Origin: Acidimicrobiia bacterium | GTDB taxonomy: Bacteria; Actinomycetota; Acidimicrobiia; Spongiisociales; Spongiisociaceae | NCBI GenBank assembly: GCA_041576165.1 | Contig: JBFGLM010000014.1 | Location: 7,834 to 71,833 of the forward strand | Direction: 5' to 3' | DNA: 64,000 nucleotides | Part shown: positions 56,788-64,000 of the stretch, piece by piece | How the letters are laid out: every line of letters starts with the position of its first letter | Position numbering within the stretch: position 1 is the stretch's first letter | Program-made: the position numbers and the translations under genes | Notes under the pieces: model-generated | Databases searched by the model: none | The model's input: only the letters and a program-made list of their open reading frames with translations | Told to the model about the DNA's origin: nothing

Positions 56788-57831
56788 TCACCGCTCTGAT
56801 GTTCTTCCCGTCAGTCTGGTGTGACGCAGATAGTCATCAATCAACCTCTCGAGTTCGGCCCCGTCCGCTGCAACCCGCACGTTGATTGTCTGGAAGTACA
56901 ACGGAAGGTCCTTCAGCCGCGCCGGGTCCATCGTGTAGACGAGTGGGGCCAGGCCTTTGCCCCGCGCGTAGCCCACCTCATACATCACGTTCTCATTCAG
57001 CTGGGTGACATCGGCGATGACGGCCGTGGCGGCCTCAACCGCATCGATGAAGTTTGTGAAGATGGCGTCACTCGATGGGACCTGGTCGAGCCGTACCGGG
57101 GTCATCCGGTGCGAGATCGCCGGTTCGATTGTGGAGGCGTAGAGCTCATCGTGCTGCGTGTCGTACGGCAGGAGAACGAGACACCGGCCGACCTTGGCGG
57201 TCTGCAGCAATGCAACCACGGCGGCTGCCGCGTCGGTCGGGGTCGAGCGGATCGTTTCGCGCACCCGGCGGAGGCAAGTCTCGAGTTCGCCATCGGCGAA
57301 TTGCCGCTCAACGTGGTCGCGATACGCCCTCAGGAGTCTTTTCGACCGGCCCTTTTCAGTTGGTATCGGCAAGAGCGGGGTCCCGAGCTCGATGGCCTGT
57401 TCCCCGACCAGCTCCGTATGTGTACCGCCTGAAATCGTCACCACGATGTCGGCCTCCCGGACCATGGTGAGGCGCCGGCCCAGTGCGGTGCGGCCGGCCA
57501 ACCGGCGGACCCCGATGCCAGCGTCCTCTGTCATCCGGCGTGCCCCGTCGAGATCGGGCCGCTTCTCCAGAACGGTCCCGGGTATCCAGGCCTCGTATAC
57601 ATCCTGGAGGTCGACTCCGTGGGACTCCGCATATCGCCGGGCGCCGTCCAGAGCGGCCGAATCGGTCGAGATGACGTGCGGTCGCTTGCTGCTGTGGAGG
57701 AATCCTCCGGTCAGGATCTTCGCGTGCATTCGCGAGAGGATCTCGAAGGCCAGGGCGGAAACGAAATCTGGGGGCATCCCCTGCAGGTCAGTGCCTCCGT
57801 AGAGGCAGACTCGCGTCCTACGCATGATCAC
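56788..57831 (-). CDS. two-domain protein: N-terminal SLOG/LOG-like Rossmannoid domain + C-terminal nucleoside 2-deoxyribosyltransferase/TIR-like domain
   Basis: N-terminal half: RVCLYGG...KILTGG...EADIVVTISGGTHTELVGEQAIELGTPLLPIP (LOG/SLOG/DprA-like loops). C-terminal half: CLVLLPYD...AATAVIADVTQLNENVMYEVGYARGKGLAPLVY (NDT/TIR-like core with a conserved-position Glu). Domain calls come from motif recall only. Confidence 0.6.
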   Translation of the reverse strand: MIMRRTRVCLYGGTDLQGMPPDFVSALAFEILSRMHAKILTGGFLHSSKRPHVISTDSAALDGARRYAESHGVDLQDVYEAWIPGTVLEKRPDLDGARRMTEDAGIGVRRLAGRTALGRRLTMVREADIVVTISGGTHTELVGEQAIELGTPLLPIPTEKGRSKRLLRAYRDHVERQFADGELETCLRRVRETIRSTPTDAAAAVVALLQTAKVGRCLVLLPYDTQHDELYASTIEPAISHRMTPVRLDQVPSSDAIFTNFIDAVEAATAVIADVTQLNENVMYEVGYARGKGLAPLVYTMDPARLKDLPLYFQTINVRVAADGAELERLIDDYLRHTRLTGRTSER

Positions 57832-57918
57832 CAGTCAGCCGATTGGATGTCGCGAGCCTACGCAGTTTCGATTGTCATGGACGCGACACAGCTCGATCAC
57901 TCGCGACTGTCCGACAGC

Positions 57919-58563
57919 TCAGGCCCTGGCCCACCTGCGGCGGCGATGGGTCCCCACCGCCCAGATTCCCAATGTGTCGTGCCATGTCCGAGGCCGCCGG
58001 TGCCGGCCGTGCCCGGCAATCACGACCGGATCGTGGTCGCGCCACGGATCGAACCGTGGATTGGTGGCCCAGCGACTAGCCCACACCGCGGCCACCATCC
58101 CGGTCGAGAACCACCCGAGCAGGCACCAGGCTCCCTCCTGTCGCCAAACGATTGGATGACCGATCAGCGGGACCAGCAGCCGACCGGCGCTCTCGATATC
58201 TGCGGGGGAGACGAGCGCCGGGTCCCGAACCCGGTTGGCGTCGCCGCGGGTCGAATAGGCCCCTCCTTCTCGCAGCCCGGCGATTCGGTGCGTGACCCGG
58301 GTGCCGTTGTGGTTGCGGAACGTGATGACCGTTCCGACGCCCAGCTGCGCGCCGTCGTGAGGGGGCCCGACCACGATGTCGCCCCGTGCGATCGTCGGTG
58401 CCATCGAGTGAGAGGAGATGACCGACGCCACCCACCCGGCTACGACCGGCAAGGCGACGGCCGCTACGAGGAGGAACAGTGCCACGTGGACCACAAACAG
58501 CGACAGGAGCCCCGCGTAGAAGCGGAGCTCCTTGATCGCTTGTGACGGCGGGCGAGCGTGCAT
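57919..58563 (-). CDS. S26-family signal peptidase I, SipW/archaeal-like type
   Basis: TM segment then SSHSMAPTIARGDIVV (Ser nucleophile), VITF...VTHRI, GDANRVRDP. Sits 4 nt downstream of the exported-protein gene. Confidence 0.75.
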   Translation of the reverse strand: MHARPPSQAIKELRFYAGLLSLFVVHVALFLLVAAVALPVVAGWVASVISSHSMAPTIARGDIVVGPPHDGAQLGVGTVITFRNHNGTRVTHRIAGLREGGAYSTRGDANRVRDPALVSPADIESAGRLLVPLIGHPIVWRQEGAWCLLGWFSTGMVAAVWASRWATNPRFDPWRDHDPVVIAGHGRHRRPRTWHDTLGIWAVGTHRRRRWARA

Positions 58564-58567
58564 GTTC

Positions 58568-59155
58568 CTAGACGCTGGTCCCGTCCCAGACGAAGTCGGC
58601 TGTGACCGACTTGCCGAAGGGGTCGGCGACGATAGGCACCGTGATGTCGAATTTGACCCGGCGATACGTCCCAGCCGTCATCGGCAAATGCGTTGTAGTC
58701 GCGGCGGGAGTCAGCGTGTCGAGCGCACCCGTGAAGACCGGAGTACCCCCGACAAAGCCCGTGCAATCTCCGAACGTGTCCGACGCCGAACCGGTTGTCT
58801 CGGTGACGGTCACCAGCACGTCCTTTGCCAGATCATCGGTGTTGTCCACGAGATTGGCACCGAGGTCGGGCGTGAAGGTCGACGGACCGTTGTAGTAGAG
58901 CGTGATGCACGACGACACGATGTCGCCGGGAACGAGGTTGGTGACCGAGAACATGGGGATGTTCCCGTCGTTGTCGGTGAAGACCCCATTGGTCACCGCC
59001 ACCGAGTTGCCCGGGTTGGTCGTCTGACCGGTGAAGGCGGCGCGCGAGCCGGTGATGATGAGCAGGGACACGACCATGAGCGCGACCACAGCCGAAGCTG
59101 ACCGGGCGATACCGGCGCGTGTCGTTGTCAATTGACCTCCCAGTCCTTGACGCAT
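58568..59155 (-). CDS. TasA/camelysin-like exported protein with alternate (SipW-type) signal peptide
   Basis: AVVALMVVSLLIITGSRAAFTGQTTNPGNSVAVTNG resembles the SipW-cognate/alternate signal region (hydrophobic core, then A-x-F-T/S-x-x-x-x-N). Beta-rich ~195-aa protein adjacent to a SipW-like peptidase. Confidence 0.5.
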   Translation of the reverse strand: MRQGLGGQLTTTRAGIARSASAVVALMVVSLLIITGSRAAFTGQTTNPGNSVAVTNGVFTDNDGNIPMFSVTNLVPGDIVSSCITLYYNGPSTFTPDLGANLVDNTDDLAKDVLVTVTETTGSASDTFGDCTGFVGGTPVFTGALDTLTPAATTTHLPMTAGTYRRVKFDITVPIVADPFGKSVTADFVWDGTSV

Positions 59156-59198
59156 TGAGAGTGATATCGACTACCGAAAGTGGTTTCTTGAAAGCGAA

Positions 59199-59419
59199 TC
59201 AGCTCGGGACAGTCCGGTTGGCCACCGGATGGTCCGGCATGCACAGTTCTTCGATCGGCATCTCAAAAAGTGCCGCCAGCTTGAAGGCGAGCGGCAGGCT
59301 GGGGTCGTACCGGCCGTTCTCGATGGGTTGACCGTCTGCCGGGAAACACCGAGTGCGTCGCCAAGTCTGCTCTGACTCCATCCCCGGCCTGAGCGGAGTT
59401 CCCGGATCCGGTTCTTCAC
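59199..59419 (-). pseudogene. small XRE-family HTH regulator interrupted by a 1-nt frameshift
   Basis: VKNRIRELRSGRGWSQSRLGDALGVSRQTVN in one frame continues as (P)IENGRYDPSLPLAFKLAALFEMPIEELC in the -1 frame. The junction is at the ccc run (+ strand ggg 59325-59327). The intact reading would be ...SRQTVNxIENGRYDPS..., a well-known ~70-aa HTH family. Confidence 0.5.
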
Positions 59420-59797
59420 AGCGTTCGCCGCGAGGCCAGGGCGCTCCCCACCAGCCAGGCCAGCATGCCGTTTGCGCAGATGATCCATGGCCGGACCCGT
59501 CGGCCTCGAGCCCGGCCAGCGCCAGGAATCCGAACGTGATGGCGGTGATCATCGCGACGCCAAGACCCGTCGCCATGCCGCTGAGCTGGATTTGGCGCTG
59601 CAGCTCGTCCACCCGCTGGAGGTGGCGCACGATCGCCAGACAACCCCACATCGCCGGGATCAGCGGGGCCAGCGCAACGCCGAGCTTCCAGCGCCACCGG
59701 TGTCAAAGTCAACCAGCACGAAGATGGTGGCCAGGACCGCGGCATATCCGATCACGGCTGGCAGGAACTCGCGGAGGTACGTCTGACCGGTCTGCAC
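59416..59797 (-). pseudogene. four-TM small membrane protein, apparently split by two frameshifts; GTGA-coupled to the HTH gene
   Basis: The pieces VQTGQTYLREFLPAVIGYAAVLATIFVLVDFDT / RWKLGVALAPLIPAMWGCLAIVRHLQRVDELQRQIQLSGMATGLGVAMITAITFGFLALAGLEADG / RPWIICANGMLAWLVGSALASRRTL lie in three different frames but read as one coherent membrane protein. The last stop overlaps the HTH GTG start (GTGA). Confidence 0.35.
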
Positions 59798-59888
59798 CTC
59801 GAAGGTTCACGACGCGAATGTAAACCTCGTTTCTTTCCATTATGTCAAGGATGCTTTCCAGCAGTAACGGCGCTCTAGGGTGCGGGCG

Positions 59889-60917
59889 ATGTTCGACCAT
59901 CCCGAGTACGACGGTCACGAGTCGGTCACCTACGTATCCGAGCGGGCATCCGGACTCCACGCCATCATCGCCATCCATTCGACGGTGTTGGGGCCGGCTG
60001 GCGGAGGGGTGCGCATGTTCGATTACGAGCGCACTGACCTCGCCCTCACCGACGCGCTCCGGCTCTCGAAAGGCATGACCTACAAAGCGGCAATGAGCGA
60101 CTTGCCCTTCGGCGGCGGCAAGGCGGTTGTCATCGGCGACCCGGCCAGAAAGACCGATCGCCAGTTTGAGGCGTTGGGCGATGCGATCGAGGCACTCGGC
60201 GGCAGGTACTTCTGTGGAGAAGATGTCGGGACGACCCCAGACGACATGGCAGTCATACATCGCCGCACCTCGTACGTGGTGGGTCTCCCGGGCAAGACAG
60301 GCGACCCGTCTCCGGCGACGGCGGAGGGGGTCTACGTGTCGATCCTGGCCGCGGTGGCCCATGTATTCGGCAGCAGCGACCTCCGCAATCGACATGTGGC
60401 CGTCCAGGGCCTGGGCAACGTGGGTGCCCGCCTGGTTGAATTGCTGGCCGGAGCTGGTGCCCGGCTCACGGTCGCCGATCTCGATACCAGCAAAGTCGAC
60501 AGAGCCCGGGCGCGTTTTGGCGCGGCGGCAGCGGCGCCGGAAGCGATCCACAAGGTGGCGGCAGCTGTGTTCAGCCCATGTGCATTGGGGGCGGTGGTCA
60601 ACGACTCGACCGTTGACGAGATCGGCGCCCGCATCATCTGCGGCAGTGCCAACAACCAGCTGGCGACCCCTCAGCACGGCCGGCTGCTGCACGAACGCGG
60701 GGTTGTATATGTGCCGGACTACGTGGCGAGCGTCGGTGGAGCGATCTCGGCGATGCGGGAGCGAATCGATTACGTCGAGGGCGAGTACAAACGCCGTATC
60801 GCCGGAGTAGGCGAGCGGGTCAGGCAGCTGCTCGAGCGATCAGTGACTGCCGGCGAACCTCCTGCGCAGGCGGCTGATGCGATCGCCCGTTCGATCGTGG
60901 AAGCCGCCCACGGCTGA
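59889..60917 (+). CDS. Leu/Val/Phe dehydrogenase (Glu/Leu/Phe/Val dehydrogenase family)
   Basis: HAIIAIHSTVLGPAGGGVRMFDY...LSKGMTYKAAMSDLPFGGGKAVVIGDP (catalytic Lys), NAD site VQGLGNVGARLVELL. Alternative GTG start at 59880. Confidence 0.85.
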   Translation: MFDHPEYDGHESVTYVSERASGLHAIIAIHSTVLGPAGGGVRMFDYERTDLALTDALRLSKGMTYKAAMSDLPFGGGKAVVIGDPARKTDRQFEALGDAIEALGGRYFCGEDVGTTPDDMAVIHRRTSYVVGLPGKTGDPSPATAEGVYVSILAAVAHVFGSSDLRNRHVAVQGLGNVGARLVELLAGAGARLTVADLDTSKVDRARARFGAAAAAPEAIHKVAAAVFSPCALGAVVNDSTVDEIGARIICGSANNQLATPQHGRLLHERGVVYVPDYVASVGGAISAMRERIDYVEGEYKRRIAGVGERVRQLLERSVTAGEPPAQAADAIARSIVEAAHG

Positions 60918-60933
60918 AGGCTCTTCGCGTTGG

Positions 60934-61668
60934 CTAGGTACTGAGGACGACGCCAAAGCCGCGCGCCGCCAACTCCAGCACGACGTACCGCGGCTCTATG
61001 AGGTCTTCGACCCGTCGCCGGGAGAGCTCACCCAGCTCGGAGATCCGAGCCGTGTAGCTGCCGTCACGGCGGGCATGTGACAGGATCCGGGCGTTGGCCC
61101 AGACCTTGGCGCGCGCTTCCTTCAGGAAGCGCTTGGTGCCGAGCCGGTTGAACGGTGTGAGCAGCCGGTCGACTAGCGTCCGGTCTCCCGGCTGTTCCAC
61201 CTTCTCCAGCTGTTTGTCTTCTGCCGCGACCCGGGATGCGAGGATGTCGTCGATGCGCCGGTGATCGACCTCCCGCCGCCCGATCACGCCCGGGTCATCG
61301 AACTCGGCGTCGGTGATGACGGCGACCAAGGCTTGGGGGAGGTCGTAGTTGATGTGAGCGTTCATACCAAGGAGGACCATCCGCAGCGGTGGCAGGCGGG
61401 TTTCGTCGCTCGCCGTGAACGCCACTTCCCATGGGCCCGGGGCAGTGGTGTCGGCGGTCCACTCCTCGAGGGCCTCGAGGTAGAGCTCGGCGAACACGAC
61501 GTCCCAGCGTTCGACCCAATCCGGGTCGAGGAAGACTCCGTCCGCCAGGGCCTCGCCAACTGCGATGGTGGTGCGCAGGTAGGTGTCGTGAAAGTACCGC
61601 CGCGGGTCGGCTGGTGCGAAGTCCCCGGATCTGTCCTGCATATCGGCAATGACCGTCTCGAGGCTCAT
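60934..61668 (-). CDS. DUF5995-like protein
   Basis: FAPADPRRYFHDTYLRTT...FAELYLEALEEW...MVLLGMNAHINYDLPQALV matches my recollection of the DUF5995 family. Confidence 0.6.
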   Translation of the reverse strand: MSLETVIADMQDRSGDFAPADPRRYFHDTYLRTTIAVGEALADGVFLDPDWVERWDVVFAELYLEALEEWTADTTAPGPWEVAFTASDETRLPPLRMVLLGMNAHINYDLPQALVAVITDAEFDDPGVIGRREVDHRRIDDILASRVAAEDKQLEKVEQPGDRTLVDRLLTPFNRLGTKRFLKEARAKVWANARILSHARRDGSYTARISELGELSRRRVEDLIEPRYVVLELAARGFGVVLST

Positions 61669-61731
61669 GAGGTCCAGCCTAGATTCACCACTCGCCGATC
61701 GGTCCCTCTCGCCTTTGGGCCCCGTCCTGGC

Positions 61732-62544
61732 TCACGAGAACTCGGCGTTCGATGACTCCCTCGCACGAAAATACTGCTCGGTGGCGTCGTCGGCCGGGAA
61801 GAAGAGTTCGATGACTAGCTCCTGAATCGTTATGTCCCGGGGCGAGCCAATGGTCGCGAGGGTCGAGAACATTTTGATTTCGATCGTCCCTCGGCGCATA
61901 TGCAGCGGCAGGACGAAGTCCGCCGACCGCTCGACGTCGCCGGTGGTGCGCTCGCCGACCCCGAGCATTGCCGTCGCCTCCTCGATCAGCTCTTGGAGGT
62001 GGGCGTCGGCCGGATCGGCGATCAGCTCCCGTCGCAGCCGGACCGCGGTCGCGGCGGCCAGCTCCTCCAGATTCACGATGTGCTGGCCCAAGCCGGTCGG
62101 GTGCGTGAACAGACGGAGCAAGTTCCCGCCCGCCGCCTCGATCGACTCGGGGGAAGCCCACTCGAGCGTGAACGTAGTGGCCGCCTGGTTGGCCCGGACC
62201 AAGTTCCAGTGGCGGTCGAGGGCCACGGCCGGGTATGGGTCGTGGCGCTCCAGCATCAGATCGATCGCCCGCTTCACCGAGGCCATCTCGGGATCCTCCA
62301 GCGCCGTTTCCTGATATTGAGGCGCAAAACCGGCGGCATGGAGCAGGACGTTGCGCTCGCGGAGTGGCACGTCCAGGCCCTCGGCCAGATGAAGCACGAG
62401 TTCGCGGCTCGGTTTGGACTTGCCGGTTTCCACGAACGAGAGGTGTCGCTGGGATACCCCGGTTGCCTCGGCGAGTGCCAGCTGGCTCAAGCGTCGATGC
62501 TCCCGCCACTCCTTGAGCAGGGGGCCGATTGGTCGGGTCGCCAT
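61732..62544 (-). CDS. MmyB-like XRE-family transcriptional regulator
   Basis: LLKEWREHRRLSQLALAEATGVSQRHLSFVETGKSKPSRELVLHLAEGLDVPLRERNVLLHAAGF plus a C-terminal MmyB-like ligand-binding region (HWNLVRANQAA). Confidence 0.8.
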   Translation of the reverse strand: MATRPIGPLLKEWREHRRLSQLALAEATGVSQRHLSFVETGKSKPSRELVLHLAEGLDVPLRERNVLLHAAGFAPQYQETALEDPEMASVKRAIDLMLERHDPYPAVALDRHWNLVRANQAATTFTLEWASPESIEAAGGNLLRLFTHPTGLGQHIVNLEELAAATAVRLRRELIADPADAHLQELIEEATAMLGVGERTTGDVERSADFVLPLHMRRGTIEIKMFSTLATIGSPRDITIQELVIELFFPADDATEQYFRARESSNAEFS

Positions 62545-62650
62545 ACACCCAAATGTACCGACCTCCTCGCTGCGTGACGATGACCTGTCAGGTAATTGCA
62601 GTCATGACCCGCCGACCGCACGATGGGGTTGAGCTTCTGAGGAGGAACGC

Positions 62651-63058
62651 ATGACAGCCACGACCGCGTCGATCGATGCAATACTGCGCCGCGTCTTGCA
62701 GGCCAACGCGGCGTTCAGCCTGGCATCGGGGCTCGCTTTGGTGCTCGCCGCCGGTCCGCTGGCGGGCTTCAGTGGTATCGAGCCGATCGTTCTACGAGCC
62801 GTCGGCATCGGGCTCCTCCCATGGGCAGCCTTCGTTTTCCACACTTCCCGGCGTGCCGCGTTGCGCCGTCGCGAGGTGCTCGTCGTGATCGCCGGCGATC
62901 TCGCCTGGGTGGCCGGAACGATCATCCTCGCTCTTGCAGCATTCTCAGCATTCACGGTGGCCGGACTGATCACGTTGTTGGTGCTGGGCGCCATCGTCGC
63001 CGACTTGGCCGCAGCACAAATCATCGGGTTGCGGCGGATGGGTGCGGAGGGCAGCTGA
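62651..63058 (+). CDS. integral membrane protein (4 predicted TM segments)
   Basis: Hydrophobic segments AAFSLASGLALVLAAGPLAGF, LRAVGIGLLPWAAFVF, VLVVIAGDLAWVAGTIILALAAF, GLITLLVLGAIVADLAAA. Divergent from the MmyB-like regulator. Confidence 0.55.
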   Translation: MTATTASIDAILRRVLQANAAFSLASGLALVLAAGPLAGFSGIEPIVLRAVGIGLLPWAAFVFHTSRRAALRRREVLVVIAGDLAWVAGTIILALAAFSAFTVAGLITLLVLGAIVADLAAAQIIGLRRMGAEGS

Positions 63059-63060
63059 CG

Positions 63061-63480
63061 TCAGGCGGTACGGCGGGCGCGTTTGTCGCGCAACAGCGCA
63101 AGCAGCGCCAGCGCATATGCGTCCGGGGCGGAGCCGGCGGTCTCGTGGCTCTCCCGGCCTTCGAGCCGGAACGTGCACCGGTAGCCATCGATGGTTTGAT
63201 CCAGACGGACGAATGCCTCGCCCACGGCGTCGCGGAGCTGGGATTCAGTCGGCAGCCACACAACATCCTCCGACAGAATCCAGTCGAGCGACCACTCGAC
63301 CGCGCCGTTGAACGTGATCGCGCGAAGCGGACCGAATTCGTGGATTTCGGTCGAGAGATCGTTGATCGCAAAGATCTGCCCGTCGAGGTCCCGGTCGGGG
63401 ATCGCAAAGCGATCGTGCTCCCGGGGCTCCCATACGAGGCCTGCTTCTTGAAGCTCTCGTGCCAGTTCGAGTGAAACCAC
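63061..63480 (-). CDS. conserved actinobacterial hypothetical protein
   Basis: GTG 63480 chosen so the gene does not run into the ferritin gene. LELARELQEAGLVWEPREHDRFAIPDRDLDGQIFAINDL...ITFNGAVEWSLD...VVWLPTESQLR resembles a widespread uncharacterised family. Confidence 0.5.
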   Translation of the reverse strand: MVSLELARELQEAGLVWEPREHDRFAIPDRDLDGQIFAINDLSTEIHEFGPLRAITFNGAVEWSLDWILSEDVVWLPTESQLRDAVGEAFVRLDQTIDGYRCTFRLEGRESHETAGSAPDAYALALLALLRDKRARRTA

Positions 63481-63556
63481 AGACCGGAGGCTACCTGGTC
63501 GCGGCCTGTGTATGAGCCCGATACCATGCCCGGTTCCCGACTGCGGAGGCCACCGG

Positions 63557-64000
63557 ATGCCGATGAGTGACACGCTCGCTGGTGCGTACAACGACCAGAT
63601 ATCCCTCGAATTCTCGTCGTCGCACACCTACCTGCAGCTGGCTGCCTACTTCTCGACTCAGAGCCTCACCGGCTTCGAGGCGTGGATGCGGACTCAGGCG
63701 GAGGAGGAGCGGGCACACGCCGTGAAATTCTTCGACTTTGTGCTCGACCGGGGCAACCAGGTGCGGCTGGGCCCCATCGAGGCGCCGGGAGCTGTCCCGG
63801 GCAGCCCGCTGGAGGCGTTTGAGTTGGCACTACGCCAGGAACAGGATGTCACCGCCAGTATCGGCGAGCTGCTCAATCTCGCTCAGCGGGAGGGAGACGC
63901 CGCCTCCTACCCACTGCTGCAGTGGTTCATGAACGAGCAGGTGGAAGAGGAGTCGACGGTCGGCGAGATCGTCGATCAGTTGCGGTTCGCGAACGGCAAC
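63557..64000 (+). CDS. non-haem ferritin (BfrB/Ftn-like), 3' end cut by window edge
   Basis: Not in the ORF track because there is no stop codon within the window. GGAGG (63545-63549) lies 7 nt before the ATG. Translation: MPMSDTLAGAYNDQISLEFSSSHTYLQLAAYFSTQSLTGFEAWMRTQAEEERAHAVKFFDFVLDRG...LLQWFMNEQVEEE (ferroxidase-centre E/H residues). Confidence 0.85.
   Translation, partial: MPMSDTLAGAYNDQISLEFSSSHTYLQLAAYFSTQSLTGFEAWMRTQAEEERAHAVKFFDFVLDRGNQVRLGPIEAPGAVPGSPLEAFELALRQEQDVTASIGELLNLAQREGDAASYPLLQWFMNEQVEEESTVGEIVDQLRFANGN

Noticed and set aside
59709-60692. 327-aa minus-strand ORF
   Set aside because: It is antisense to the Leu/Val dehydrogenase gene, which has clear catalytic-Lys and NAD-binding motifs.
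61685-62548. 287-aa minus-strand ORF in an alternate frame of the MmyB-like gene
   Set aside because: It is an Arg/Gly/Pro-rich alternate frame. The 61732..62544 frame has a textbook HTH.

Overview
High-GC (roughly 65-70% by eye) chromosomal fragment with actinobacterial gene order; a finer taxon cannot be determined from this window. nt 1-28,700 is mostly a conserved housekeeping block on the + strand. It runs comM-dprA, a large secreted surface protein, xerC-whiG, rpsB-tsf-pyrH-frr-cdsA-dxr-rseP-ispG-proS, rimP-nusA-infB-DUF503-rbfA-nrnA-truB-ribF, then rpsO-pnp. nt 28,700-64,000 is more variable. In order it holds an Fpg/Nei glycosylase, a repeat-protein/ECF-sigma/DUF5667 module, an SOS-boxed imuA'-imuB pair, plsC, and two YcaQ/AlkZ-like paralogues. 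These are followed by a secreted-protein operon, ddaH-rocD with an XRE-cupin regulator, a Crp-cupin pair, and a ~1300-aa SARP-STAND-transmembrane-BMP regulator. Next come TadE/TadG-like pseudopilins and an SOS-boxed dnaE2. After dnaE2 lies a small accessory islet: a SLOG/NDT-like fusion protein, a SipW-like peptidase with a TasA-like exported protein, and a frameshifted membrane-protein/HTH pair. The window ends with Leu/Val dehydrogenase, DUF5995, an MmyB-type regulator and a 3'-truncated ferritin. No rRNA, tRNA, CRISPR array, transposase or phage structural gene was recognised. All functional calls rest on motif-level recognition of the translated ORFs, start-codon/RBS inspection and synteny; no database search or computation was run. 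The best candidates for something new are: (1) the SLOG-like + nucleoside-deoxyribosyltransferase/TIR-like single-gene module at 56788-57831; (2) the giant one-component SARP-STAND-TM-BMP regulator; (3) the secreted D-x-V-T tetrapeptide-repeat protein heading an ECF sigma operon.
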